A DNA stretch of 64,000 nt, from positions 310,001 to 374,000 of the forward strand of contig QPMI01000017.1 in assembly GCA_004431415.1 (NCBI GenBank). The letters run 5' to 3'. The notes under the pieces were generated by a model. That model was not told where the DNA came from and made no database searches. It saw nothing but the letters and a program-made list of their open reading frames with translations. The DNA comes from Cyanophora paradoxa CCMP329. Taxonomy: Eukaryota; Plantae; Glaucophyta. The position numbers and the translations under genes were made by a program. This document shows positions 34,431 through 47,038 of the stretch, piece after piece; positions within the stretch are counted from its first letter, which is position 1, and every line of letters starts with the position of its first letter.

Positions 34431-37400
34431 TCAGGCGATCACGAAGCGGTACTCCTGCACCGCCTCGCCCTGCGCGGAGGGCACGGAATCGGTTCGACAT
34501 CGGCACGGGGCGCTGTTCATTTCGCGGGGCGCGAACATCCTTGGAGCAGTGCTTGTAGCGCCGCAGGAGCGGGCCCGGGGGCTCGCAGCGGAACCAGAGG
34601 CGCGCAGCGTGCCAGTCGTTGTCCGCGCTCCAGAAAACGTCCACAACTTTGGGCGCCGCGCCCGGGGGGAAATCCGGCGGGGCGGCGCCCTGGGGCTCGA
34701 GGCTGCTCGGGTCCGCGGGGAGTACGCTCGTGTTGATTCGGAGGAGGATCTCATGGCCCTGCGGGAAGGGTACAGTGAGTGCGGGTTAAAGAAGCAAGAT
34801 CAAGAGGGGTACAGGAAGAGCACCTGCCCAGCATCTGCCTCGACCACGCAAAGCTCTGTGTCTTGACCAGCGCCCTCCAAAAACATTATGGCTTGTCGTC
34901 CAGTTCCTGCGGCGGCGAGTCATGATCATGCGTGGCGAATTCGAAGGGCCAGGGCAGCATTCATGAGCGGGGTACAACAAGTACCGTCGGGGAGGCCGCG
35001 GGTCGTGATGTTCCAGGCGCGCCAGTTGAACGCGGGCTGGCCGGCTCGAGGGGCGGCCTCCATCGCGGCGGCGGGAGCTGGAAGAGCCTGTGCCACAGGG
35101 GCCGCGGGGACCGGCGCGGGAGCCGCGGCCGCGGGGGCCGCTGGGGCCGGCGCGGCGGCGGCGGGCTCCTTCCGAGCTCGCTTGGCCGGGGTTGCACTCT
35201 GGCTCGGGCCGGCCTCGCCGCCGTCCGCCCGGCCCCGGCCCCGGCGGCGATCGACCGGGGAGACGCCTGGAAGGAGATGTGAGCTCTACAGCGGGAAAAA
35301 GCGGGCGGAATTCGAAGGCAGGGCGCACCGGAGCCTCCGTCGGAAGCGGGCGCCGCCTCGCCTGCGGGGGAGGACCGTCAGCGCCATCAGCGCCGACAGC
35401 GGCGGCGAGGTGGGAAGCGGGAGGGTGGGGGGGCGGAGAGAAGGGGGGGGGGGGGGCGGGAGGGGGGGGCGGGGAGTCGGGGGGGGGGGGTCGGACGGAC
35501 GGGTAGGGGTATACTTAGGGATAGGAGTAGGGGAGGGGGGGAGGAGTGTGTGTGTAGGGGGGGGTGGGGGAAGGGGAGGGGGGTGGCAGAGGGGGGGTGA
35601 AGAGGGCAGGGGTAGAGAGTTAGGTTTGAGGGGTGGGGGAGGGGGAGGAAAGGGAGGGGGAGAAGGGGGGGGAGGGAGAGGGGGGGTGAGGGGCGGGGCG
35701 GGAGCTCGCACCCTCGGAGGAGAGGGTGGCCGGTGACAGCGGCGCCTCCTCCTCCTCCTCGAGCTCGTCCTCCTCTGCGAGGGCGACCGTCGGTCAGGCC
35801 GGCGCTCGAGCAGAGGGCGAAGGGAGGGCGAGGCGGGGGCACCGGGGGCGGCGGCGTCGAGCACGGCCCGCAGGTCGCTCTGGAAGCGGGCTCGCACGGG
35901 GTCCTCCTCCACATCGCGCGCCACGCACAGGCTCTCTGCGAAGGGTCTCGCCGCCCCTCGCGGGACCTGGAACCTGCATTCATTCGCAGTTCGCGCGCAT
36001 GCATGAGAGAGAGAATTGACGGCCTGTATATTTGGGCACCAGCTAATGCCCCGGAGGTGGGCAGATGCGGCTGGGTCACCCAGGGTGCGGACCCAGACGT
36101 GCCCTTCGTCCGCCTTCGCCGGTTCGCCCACGAGAGTCTCGAAGCGCCGGCGGTCATCTTCGGACACGTCGTTAGCGCTCACGAGCTGCGGGGCGCGTGA
36201 TCATAAGCGTACGCAATTACGGCAGAACTGCAGCACGGCAAATCAGGAGCGCACGCGACCGGGCCAATGTGTCGTCTTGCAGAGGCTCCTGAAGGAGACG
36301 GCAACGAGAGTGCCAACGTCCAAATTCGGTTCCGCAGCGGACCCCGCGCGAAGTACCATATCGCCTGCGTCGAGACTCCCGGTTAGCAATTATACGTAAA
36401 CGTGCGTGACTGCAGCTGGAAGAGAAGGGGCCTACTGAGGCGAATGTACTCGAGAGACGCGATATGCGAGGTGACGTGGGAGATCCGTTGCTTGGCCTGA
36501 TCGACATGGTCGGGGTGACCCATGCCGTCGAGGCTCTCCGAGTCGATGCTGAAGCCCACGAGGCGCTGTGCGTGGCGCAGGCTCTGGACGAGGCGCTCAG
36601 AATCCAGCGCCTTCAAGGGCGCCGGCGCATGCTTCTTTTTCTTGCTGGCGCCGCTCGAGCTCTCCGTTTCGTCGATGAAACAGCGGCGCAGGTCGACTTT
36701 CTGCAGGTGTCGACAGGCGACATCCAGCAGGTTTTCCCACTGCTGTTTGCTCGGCCGCTGATGCTCCAGCTGCTTCGAGCTGCGCATTGAACTGCGTGTC
36801 GTCCTTGAGCTTCCGCCTGCAGCTGCCGTCGCTGCAGCTGCCGTCGGAACCGCCGCGAATGCCGCAGTGGCTACGGCAGCCGCAGCCGCGGCCGGAGCGC
36901 TAGCGGGCGCTGCGAGGAGCAGGTTGCGAGCCGCGAGGGTGTCGAGCTTGGCATCGCGAATTGCTTCACTGAGCGTATCGAACGCTTGCTGGCGCAACAC
37001 GGCCCCGTCGATGACGAGCGTGCGGACGGGGCCAAGAATCACGAGCTCGTCGAGGAAAGCTGCTGTAACGACGCCTCCGTAGAGCCGAAGTACCGCGCTG
37101 CCGTCTGCGACTGTTGAGCGAGCGAGCTCCCTGGCCAGATTCGAACAGCCGGAAGCGCGCGTAAGAAGACAACCGGCCCATAATGCAATCTCCTTCAGGC
37201 TGCCGGAGGTGATCGTGGTGAGCCGCGCTGTGAGGTCGCTGATCAAATTCTCAAACTGCTCATCGCTGAGCTCGGCCGCAGCTACTTCGTCGGGGAACTT
37301 GATTGCCATGGATTCAATCTTGCGAGGAACCGCCGGAAGCCTGCTGGGATCGCTGATCTGGGAGAGATCCCACGTGTAGATGCCATGATGTAGATGGGGC

Positions 37401-37480
37401 TGCGCCATCTTGGAGATGATGAGCTTTTCGAGGCTGGAATGCTTCCAGGAATTGCCGTTGGTCCAAACTTTGCCCGCGGC
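34431..37480 (-). CDS. Hypothetical protein with LRR-like, PWWP-like and Tudor-like segments; start probably further upstream
   Basis: Long exon 36400-37480; VGTLVAVSF....HWPGR...WVRTLGD; VVDVFWSADNDWHAAR. Confidence 0.45.
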
Positions 37481-38245
37481 CTGGCCCCGAAAGCGTCAGG
37501 CCGCGCCGAGGTCGGATCGATATCGGCAAGATCGGGGCGCTATTTCGTGACCCGCAATGAGATCTTTGCGCACCATCATGCTTTCGGAGGGACGGACAGC
37601 CCTGAGAACGGCTCCGGTGCGATTTCGGGGTTCGCAGGCGAATGCTCCTTCCGAAGCCTGGCGGGCGGCAGGACCTCCTACGAAGCCTGGCGGGCGGCTT
37701 CAAATGCTATTTCTGCGACGCTCTTACGCCGCTGACGCGCCGCCGACGATGCCAATTCAGCTGAATCCGACAACCTGGGTACGGGCTCTCATCGACTGGG
37801 TACGGCGCCTACGTTCTTCAAGCTCAGCGGCTTGCAATTGCGGCTCGGATCCGGCTCGCGGGAGGCGACGCCCGCGCACGCAGCCGCTGCTGCGCGCGCA
37901 TGCGCAGCGCACGTATTTTGCTTCGAGCCCGCGGACATGTACAGTAGCTATAGCAGCGCTGCCCGCGACGTCCGACGGTCGACTCCGGGCCGCGAGCAGG
38001 GCTAGCGCAGCAGCGGCGCGCGCCGCTGCGTACGGCGCGTCACACGGCGTGCGCGCGAGCCGCGCAAAACAACAGCCGTACGAGCAATTGCAACACGTAA
38101 GCTTCCGAATGCTATGATACATAAACGCGACCCGGGGAGGGGAGTGTGACGGGGGACAGGGGAGTTCAGGGATGCCAAGAAGGAAGGGGAGGGCGCCGGT
38201 CGGGCGAGGAGGGCAGGAGAGGGCCGGGCCCGGGGCGGGCGGCCG

Positions 38246-39872
38246 CTAGACGACGACGGCGGCGGGGTGCGTCTCGGTGATGTCGTGGAGGCAGAGCGGG
38301 CACGTCCGCTTGATCGCCAGCCACCGGTCGATGCAACCCCGGTGGAAGAAGTGCCTGCGGCCGCGCCGGCTCAGAACTCAGAACACGGGACTGAGCTTGC
38401 GCGTTCGAGGGGGCGGCGGCGGCGGGGCACCTGCAGGGGAGCTGGCGGAGCTCGGCGCCGGGCTCGTAGGCCTCCATGCACATGACGCAGCTCGCGTCCT
38501 CCTCGGGCATGAGCCCCGGCGCGAAGACGGCCTTCGGCACCGCCTCCACCTGCTCCCTGCCCCGCGCCCCTCCGCTCGTTCCGGCGCTGCCAGGGGAGGA
38601 GGGATGGGAGGGAGGGGCGCACGAGGTGGCCTGGAGGCGCTGCGCGGAGTTCGGGGCGAGGCGCGCCGCGAAGAACATGAGGGGCAGGAGGCACGGGAGG
38701 CAGAAGCAGAGGAGGCAGGGGGGGAGGAACGGGAGCGCCACGGCCGCGAAGGACTGCGGGGGAGGGGGAGGAGTCAGGGAGGGGGGGGGGGGGGGGGGAG
38801 GTGTGCGCACGAGAGACAGGAGGACGATGCAGAGCGTGTAGAGGGGGTAGGCGGTCACCTTGCAGGTGGGGCAGCGGTATATGCAGGCGACGCCGAAGAC
38901 CCACCTACCCCCCACCCGCCGCCGGGTGAACGTTCGCCGACGCGGGCGGGCGGCGGAGGGGAGGGGCGGGGCGGCACCAAGCGACGGCGAAGATGCAGAG
39001 GAGCCCCTGGACGGAGCGGAAGCAGGAGGCGGCGGGGGAGCGCGGGCGTCCCGGCCGCCGCCGGGGGGGCGTGCCGGGGAGGCGCCCGTCCTCCCCGTTG
39101 TCCATCGCGTTCGGCGGTGACTCGCTGCGGACCGTCCCGGGGGACCCCGGCGCGTCCGAGAGCTCGTCCTCCTCCAGCTCCGCGATGGGGTCCTCCCGCA
39201 CCGACGGCACCGCCAGCGCGAACAGCGACGTCAGGATGCTCAGCGCCTGCATGCAGATCTGCGGCGGGCGCGTCGGCTGGCGCTGCGGCCGCGCCGCTGG
39301 GCGCCGCGGACCCTGCCCATCAGCCACTCGTGGAGGGGCTGCGACGTCTCCATCTCCCAGCACCTCAACAAGATCACGCAGCCGACCACAACCTGGGCGG
39401 CCGTTCCGTGAGCGCGGGCGCGGCCTAGGCCCCAGGCAATCGAGCGCGTACCTCTGATGTATAGTATATCAAGCTCAGACCGGCAATGACCGGCGCGAGC
39501 TCGATGCTGCCGACAACGCCGCCCACGGTCAAAGGAATCGGCGACGGCGGCGGCAGTACACCCGCGCCCGCTAGAGAAAACGAATGCAGATACATATGCG
39601 GCCGTGCCCTATGGATCGAATACTTCGCACCTCATCTCCCGCGAGATGTGATTCCTGGTCATGCGGACTGAAGCTGTCCGGGCCAGGTTCGCGCGCTGCG
39701 AGACGGTTCGAGCGATTCGCCTGGGCCCCGACGATGACGACCCCCGCGCCGCGCTGCTCGCTGGCTGGTCGACGTCCACGGCACTTGACGGACTGACGGC
39801 GGCTGCCGCAGCGACAGCGGCCTCGCCCCGTACGATCGTTCCATCCGCTAAGATACGCGTCGGGCCCGTCAT
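38246..39872 (-). CDS. Multi-TM RING-H2 E3 ubiquitin ligase
   Basis: [19 protein letters not shown]|[22 protein letters not shown], preceded by TM segments and [10 protein letters not shown]. Confidence 0.92.
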
Positions 39873-40095
39873 TTCGACACGAGCCTAAACGCCGCCGCCG
39901 TGTCGACCCAGGCCGCAGCCAGCTGGACGGGTACCGCAATTCGTGAGACCCTAGTCAGGCTCCTCGAGCTCCCTCTTCCCCCCATGTAGCTAAAGCTCGC
40001 GAAGCGCATGCGCGTGCTCGACAATGGCTTATGTTCGCAGGTTTACACGGGTTCGGGTCGGGGAGGGGTGCGGCGCGGCGCCTGCGGCCGGTGGC

Positions 40096-43000
40096 CTAGA
40101 CGGGAACAATAAAAATGCGGACTAGGAACTCCGATCCGTTCTGATAGACGATGGCCACGCGCGTGCCGTCCTCAGATGCGCTCATGCAGCACGGCAGCCG
40201 CGGCTCGTGCACCGCGCACAGCATCCTGCCGCCGCCGGCGGTCAGGCGCGGCGCGGGGAGGGGGGCTGGCGGAGGCCCGCACTTGGAGGAGAGGAGGACG
40301 CGCTGCGAGGTCTTCTCGATGACGACCAGGAGGCCGGTGCCGGCCTCCAGGCGGAACACGCAGTGGCGCGACTCGCACTGCGCGACGTACGGCACCGGCG
40401 CCCGGCTCGGCATCGGGGCCTGCGCCTCGCTCTGCGAGCCGTTCGCCGGCGCCGCCGCCGCCGGCGCGCTGTTCACGTTCCCGTTCGACTGCGCCGCGCG
40501 GTCAGGCGGGGGAACGCGACAGGCTGCAGACCCACGGGCGGACCATGTTGAGGACATACTTCCAGCGATCGTCCAGGGACGCCCAGACAACGGAGGCGCG
40601 CAGGTCGTGGATGTAGGGGGAGGAGGACTGCAGCGGCGGGGGCGGCGGGGGCGCCGGCGCCGGCGCCGAGGAGGAGGCCGGCGCGAGGGACCACTCGGAG
40701 CTGCTGCCGGCGGCCTGGGAGAGGTCGGGCGGGAGGGAGGGGCCCCGGCCCAGGGCCGGGGCGGGGCGGGCCAAGAAGACGCGCGGCGGGGGCGAGAGCA
40801 CGACGGGCGCCGCCCGCACGACGCGGATCTCGACGGGGGTGTCCGGGGCGGCGACCTGCCGCGCCTGAGACGCGGGGCGGGGCCGGCTGGGGGGCTGGAG
40901 CACCCGCCAGGAGACCTCGACGAAGTCGCGGGAGGGGAGGCGCCAGGAGCAGACGCGCACGGTGCCCTCCTCGTCGATCGACGCCGTCCGGCACGCCTCC
41001 AGCGGCCGCTCCTCCGTCTCTGCGCCGCCGACCCCGCCCCCGCGCGTGAGGCCGGAAGGGGGCGGAGAAAGGAGGCCCTGTGCACCCAGGGCGGGGCTCC
41101 AGATGAGGCGCCCGTCGGTCAGGTCGACGGCCAGCAGGCGGCACGGCGCGCTCGAGCACACCCCGGTCTGGGCCGCCCCATTAAAGACTGCGGGCGAAGG
41201 AGAGGAAAGGGGGCGCACGAGGCGGGTGCCGGAAATAGTCTTGCGCTTGCGGCTCGCTTTCGGCGGCTCCGCCACCTCCTTCTCCGCCGGCGCCTGCGCT
41301 TGCGCCTCGTCTCCCTTCGCCTCGGCCGCCGGGGCGGTGGCCTCGGCGCCCGCAGGCTGCGCGGCCTCGGCGTCCGCCGGCTCCAGAACCTCGGGGGCCT
41401 CCGGCGCGGGCTCGCCAGCGGAGGGGAGGCGCGCGGCGGCGGCGGCGGCGGCGCGGCGGCGGCGGCAGCGCGGACCATCTCTAGGGCCTCCTCCTCGGCG
41501 CGAAAGGCCTCCATCTCGGCGAGGCCCGCGTAGCTGCCGCCGGGGGCAGCCAGGGCCCGGCAGGCGGCCCGTCCCCTCGAGGGCGCGAGCCGCCAGCGCC
41601 GCCTCGCGGTCGCGGCGGCGGCGCTCGCGCGCCATCAGCTCCGCCGCGACGAGCTCCGCGCGGTCCCGCGCCTCGGCGGCCTCCAGCGCGTCGCGGCTGG
41701 CGTAGAACTGCAGCCGCCGGCAGCGCACGCAGCGCATGCCGCAGCGCGGGCCCTGCAGCTCCAGCTGCTCGGCGCAGGCTCGCAGAAGACCTGGTGCGGG
41801 CAGCAGCGGCGGCCCATCGCGCGCTCGGCGCCGAGCGGCTCGAAGCAGCGGTCGCAGCGCCGGCCGCGGCGGGGCATCCGCCCGCATATGTCGACGTCCA
41901 TGAGGTCGCGCCGCGCCGCCGTCGGCGGGGCGCCGAGGAGCTCGCAGCGGCGGGAGCGGCGGGAGCGGCGGCGGCCGCCGCCTGCTCCGGGAGGGGCTCC
42001 GCGGCGCCCTCCTCCGGGCACAGGGGCATCGGGTCCTCCACCACGACCTCGTCGCGCTTCTCCGCCGAGCTGCGCCGGCCCCGCCGCGCCCGTTCCGCCC
42101 GCTCCGGGTCCTCGACGCGCCGCCCCGGGCCGCAGGGCGGTCCCGCCGCCCGCGCATCCGCAGATTGGGGCGGGTGCTGGGACCGGCCTCCTGGCTGGAG
42201 AAGCCGGCGGCCGGGGCGGACGAGTCGGAGGCGGGGGCGGCAGCCTGCCGGGCCGACGCGCTGCGGAGGCGCGAGCGGGTGGTGCGCTCCCGGTCCCAGT
42301 CGCGCTCCTGCTCGCGCTCGCTCTCGAACTCCTGCTCGTGCTCCTCCCACTCCATGTGTTCCCGCTCGAAGTCGCGGTCCCGCGCCCGCCGCGGCGGGTG
42401 CGAGTACATGCAGCAGTGCGGGCTGTGGCGCGCGTCGGCCGCGCGGACGGCGCGGGGCGGTGGCGGGCGGGGGCGCACTGGAAGCCGTCGAAGCCGAAGT
42501 GGGCCTCGGCGCGGCGGGCGCGGTACTCTTGCAGCTCCCGCTCCCGCAGGTAGCGCCGCCGCTCGAGCGCCTCCGGCGGCGGCGGCGGCGGATCCGCGCG
42601 GAGCAGCGCCGGCGCGATGTCGGGCGGCGGCGGCTCGACGGGCAGGAATGCGGTGCCGGGCTCGGCGTCGTAGAGCTGCGCAGGCGCCGCGACGAATCGC
42701 TGGGCCGGCACGAAGAGGACGGCGTAGCGGTCCGAGAGGAGGAGGTTCCCCGGCGAGAGCGGGTCCCGAGTCACCCAGTCCGCCACCCGCTCGAAGCCCG
42801 GGATCTTATCGGCGATCCCCTGCCGTCGCGGTAAGGCGCAGGGCATGGGGGCGGGCCCGGGGCAGGCACCTGCGGCACGGGAACCTCGACAGAGCAGCCT
42901 TCCGACGCGGTGCGCGAGGACGGCTCGGGCGAGGAGGGCGGCGAAGGGGGCGCCGGCCGCGCCGAGTCGTCGGTGCGCGACCCCGGCGCGGGGGGCGGCG

Positions 43001-44258
43001 GCGGCGGTGGCGCCACAGCCTCCGAGCCCTGCGGCGCTGCTGCAGCGCGGGCCCCGCTCCAGTCCGCCGGGAGGCTGCGATCGGAGCCTCACGGACCGTT
43101 CCGCCGAAGGGCGAGCGGAGCGGAGCGCACGGGATGCCGTGGCCGGCGAGGAACTCGGAGAACTCGACGGGGAGGTACACGTGGTTGCGGCTCTCGCAGC
43201 GGTTGTCGCCGTCGCCCTTGCGCAGAATCAACTGCACGAGAAGAGTCGCGCCGAGTTCGGCCACAGCGCGGCAAAGGCGGCAGCCCGCACCGGCAGCGGC
43301 AGGGAGCGCGGGGGCTCCAGGATGCGAGCCGCATCCCACACGAGGAGCTGACGAGCGCAGCGGCCGATGAGGTGACGACCCGATGGCGTGAAACCGAGAC
43401 AGATGATGGGTGGCACGGGAACTGTGCCCTCGAGCACAAACGCCATCGACTCGTCCTTCTGCGGACGCATCTGCCACACGCCCAGCTGCGCACGAGCCAA
43501 GACACTTTAGGGAACGGTAGCGCGGCTTAGTATGCGACGCGAGCACCTTCTGGACGCGGTGAGAGTACACGATCGCGCGAAGGTGTGCTGGCTGGCAGAC
43601 GATGATTTTCTGGCCCGTCCAGTCCGACGGCAGCGTGAACGGAACTTTGTGCCGAGGCCGTCCTTCCTCGATGAGGTTGAAGAAGCTGCGCGTGCGGCAC
43701 GGGGGAATCAGAGGTCGGAAACAGGCGGCAATAAGAGCCGTTGAGCGTCGCTTGAATAGCGCGTGCAGCGCAGGCGAACAGAGTTGACACGCACAACTTT
43801 GTGGGAACTTTCCATTCCAAAATGTTCTCCCAGGTTGGGCTGATGGTCTCCTCGAACGGGCTCAGCGCCTCACGAACTCGCGCTGAACGCGCATGAGCGC
43901 ACGGTTCGCTTGATCGCCACGAAATGAGAGCGAGAACATCGAGCAGACCTGGTGCTAGCGCGCGGTGGCGGGCCCAGAACCGCCTGAGGGCAGCAGGAAG
44001 GACGTAGTCCACAGCGCAGCGCCACTCCTTGCAGACCTGGTGCGGGGCGGCGTGAGAGCCGCATCAGAGAGCTGTTGAAATTCCGATCACCAGGCGGGCG
44101 TCGAGTAGCGCCTTGAGCGGCAGGTGCTCCAACACGGCAGCCTGCAGGCCCAGCGGAAGCCCGTGCCAGAGCGAGCAGAGGCTCTCATCGGCCTCCCCAT
44201 CGAAATCCGCGCCTCCTAGCGGCGCCTGCTCGGCCGGTTGCGCCGGCTCGACCTCCAT
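40096..44258 (-). CDS. F-box protein with beta-propeller-like regions and an internal RING-like finger
   Basis: WHGLPLGLQAAVLEHLPLKALLDARL|VCKEWR (F-box); CLGFTPSGRHLI; CDRC...CPHQVFCxxC...CVRC; CMSASEDGTRVAIV. Confidence 0.65.
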
Positions 44259-44309
44259 CGTCGCCGGGCTTTCCGCGCTGTACCCGGAGTTTCGGCGCAG
44301 CAATTGCTG

Positions 44310-46871
44310 ATGTCCTCGGCGTCCACGGGCAAGAAGCGTCGGAGGCAGCCCAGCAACGAGGATCAAGACGACGCTGCTGCCATCTCAGAGCGCAGGCTCA
44401 TGGCCGACATTGGCGCTTTGGCGCAGCAGCTCGCAAAGCGTTGCGACGAGGACCCCGCAGAGGAAACCCGCGCTTTGCGTGGAAAATTAGGAGAGAAGCT
44501 TCATGCCCTCGTTTCGAACGTGCGCCCTAGCTCCCCCGCCCGACCAGTACTTTACCAGCTCTAGCACGTGCCGTCCGAGGGGCAGCGCCCAGCCGCGCTG
44601 CGATCGCCCGTCAATGATGTCGAATGAGAGGCTGAATGGCTTCGTCGCTCGTACGCAGAGTGTTGTTCGGAACGCAGGCGCGCGCAGCCGCCACTGCGAT
44701 CAGAGGTCTGTCCCCTGCCTGGGCTGCGCCACTCTTCCCATCCCCGCCCTCTAAATGTATCACAGCCCCACGGATCTGAAGTGCATCGTCTGCCGGCACA
44801 CGTTTTTGGACCCCGTTACGAGCTTCTGCGGGGACTCCTTCTGTTCGTAACGCGGCTTGCGATCTACAGGCCGCTCGCGGTGACTGACGGCGTGCGATGC
44901 ACAGGCGGCTCCTGCTTCCGTTCCTGCGTGATGAAGTCGGGGAAGTGCCCGGCCTGCTCGGAGATCCTGCCGCCGGAGTACGCGCCGCAGCCGAATCTGA
45001 AGCTCGCCGAGCTCTCCGGCAAGCTGCACCCTGCCGCGGTGGCGCGGCGGAAGCGGGCGCTTGCGCTGCGGGAGGAGGCCGCCGAGCACCTCCGCGCCGG
45101 CCGCCTCGAGGAGGCGGTCGCGGGGTACACGCGCAGCGCGGAGGAGGAGGCCGGCCCCGCGGCCCTCTGCGGCCGCGCCGCCGCCCACGCCGCCGCGGGG
45201 CGCCACGAGGAGGCCCTCAAGGACGCCGAGGAGGCCGTCGCGCTGGACCCGTGGTCCGCGCCGCCGCGCCCTATGCCCCGCGCGCGCCGCGCCCGCGCCG
45301 ATGTACGCGTACCCCCCGCCCGCGGCGCAGGTACGCCCCGGGCCAGCTGCGGAAGGGCGAGGCGCTGCTGGCGCTGGGGAGGGCCGCCGATGCCTTCCCG
45401 CTCCTCGCCGCCTGCCTCGCCGCCCTCCCCAACGACGAGGCCGCCCACGACGGTGAGCACCGTACCCCCCGGACCTTCCCCCCCCCGTTTCCTGAGCGGG
45501 CGGCAGCGGTGGTGTCGGCGGCGGTGGCGCTGGGGAAGGGGGAGGCGCCGGTTGACTTCCGGGCCCTCCTCGCGTCCGCCCCGGCCCCCTTCGGGCCCGC
45601 CGAAGAGGCCCCCGCCGACGCCCAGAAGGCGCCCGGCGCCCCGCCCGAGGCGGCGGCGGCGGGCGAGGGGGAGACTGCGGTGAGGGAGGAGGACCTGGAG
45701 TGCAGCCTGTGCTACCACCTGCTCTACGAACCGTGCGCCGCCAAGTGCGGGCACGTCTTCTGCAAGGAGTGCATGGAGCGGGCCCTCGACCACTCCCACG
45801 CCTGCCCCTTCTGCCGCGTCGACATCTCCGAGTGTACGCCGCCCCGTCCGATGCCGGGCCTCCGCTCCCGCGCGACTCTGACCCCGGTGCAGTCGTGGCG
45901 TACAACCGGCGGGCGGTGTGCGGGGCGCTGGACAGAGCGGTCGCGCACCTCTTCCCGGAGGGGTACCGCGTGCGGCGGGAGCAGAGCGAGGCGGCGCGGG
46001 CGGCGCTGGCGCAGGAGGTGCCCATCTTCGTGTGCAGCCTGGCGCTGCCGGGCCTGCCGTGCCCGCTGCACGTCTTCGAGCCGCGCTACCGCCTCATGAT
46101 GCGCCGCGCCGTCGAGTCCGGCTGGCGCCGCTTCGGCATGGTCTGCTACGCCCAGAACGGGTCCGCCCCGCCCCCTAGGCCTCGCCCTCGCCCTTCCCCC
46201 CGCATCCCTTCCTGAGCGGGCGGCAGGCCGGCCGAGTACGGAACGCTCCTCTTCATCCGCTCCCTCCGCATGCTCCCCGACGGCCGCTCCCTCGTGCCTT
46301 CCTTCCTCGCCCCGTGTCGTACCCCGCGCAGCTCACCGTGCCCTCCCCCCTCGCAGGTGGACACGGTCGGGGAGCGGCGGTTCCGGATGGTGTCGCAGGG
46401 GATGAAGGACGGGTACCTCGTCGCCCGCGTCGAGTGGGTGGACGACCTCCCCGAGGAGGAGCCGCGCCGCGAGCAGGAGCCTCCGGTACGCCCCCGCGCG
46501 CGCCTCGGGTCCTCGGGCTCGAATCCCCGTCCTCAAGTCCAGCGCAGGAGGGCGAGCGGGCGCCGCCGGAGCAGATGACGACGGCCGAGCTGCTGGACGA
46601 GGTCCGGGGCTTCGTCGCCGGCTGGCTCCAGCGCCTGGGGCGCGGCGCCCGCGCCCGCCTGGAGCAGGAGGCGGGCCCGGCGCCGCAGGAGGCGGCGCTC
46701 TACAGCTTCTGGGTGCTGCAGCTCCTCCCCGTGGACGACTCGCTGCGCTACGCGTTCCTCTCGTCCCGCTCGGCGCGGGACCGCCTCCGCCAGGTCGCCG
46801 CCATGCTCCGGCGCCTCCCGCAGCCGGCGGAGCCCCTCCAGGGCGGCCGCATCTCCTGCACCGTCTCCTAG
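44310..46871 (+). CDS. LONRF: LON peptidase N-terminal domain and RING finger protein (RING-TPR-RING-LON)
   Basis: LKCIVC...DPVT, TPR repeats, LECSLCYHLLYEP..CGHVFCKECM..CPFCR, PCPLHVFEPRYRLMMRR, LPDGRS, GERRF, DGY..A.VEW. Confidence 0.93.
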
Positions 46872-47038
46872 GCCCCGCCTTGCGCTCGGTCTTCCGCGCG
46901 GGCCCCCTGAGGGGGCGCGCGCCTGTACATTACTTCCTCCCTGAACAGTTGTATTCTACACCAATTTCGAGCTAGCTAACCGCAGCCTTCCTGCCTGCCT
47001 GCCGATCTGTCTGCCCTGTCTGCTTCTGGCGGGCGCGG

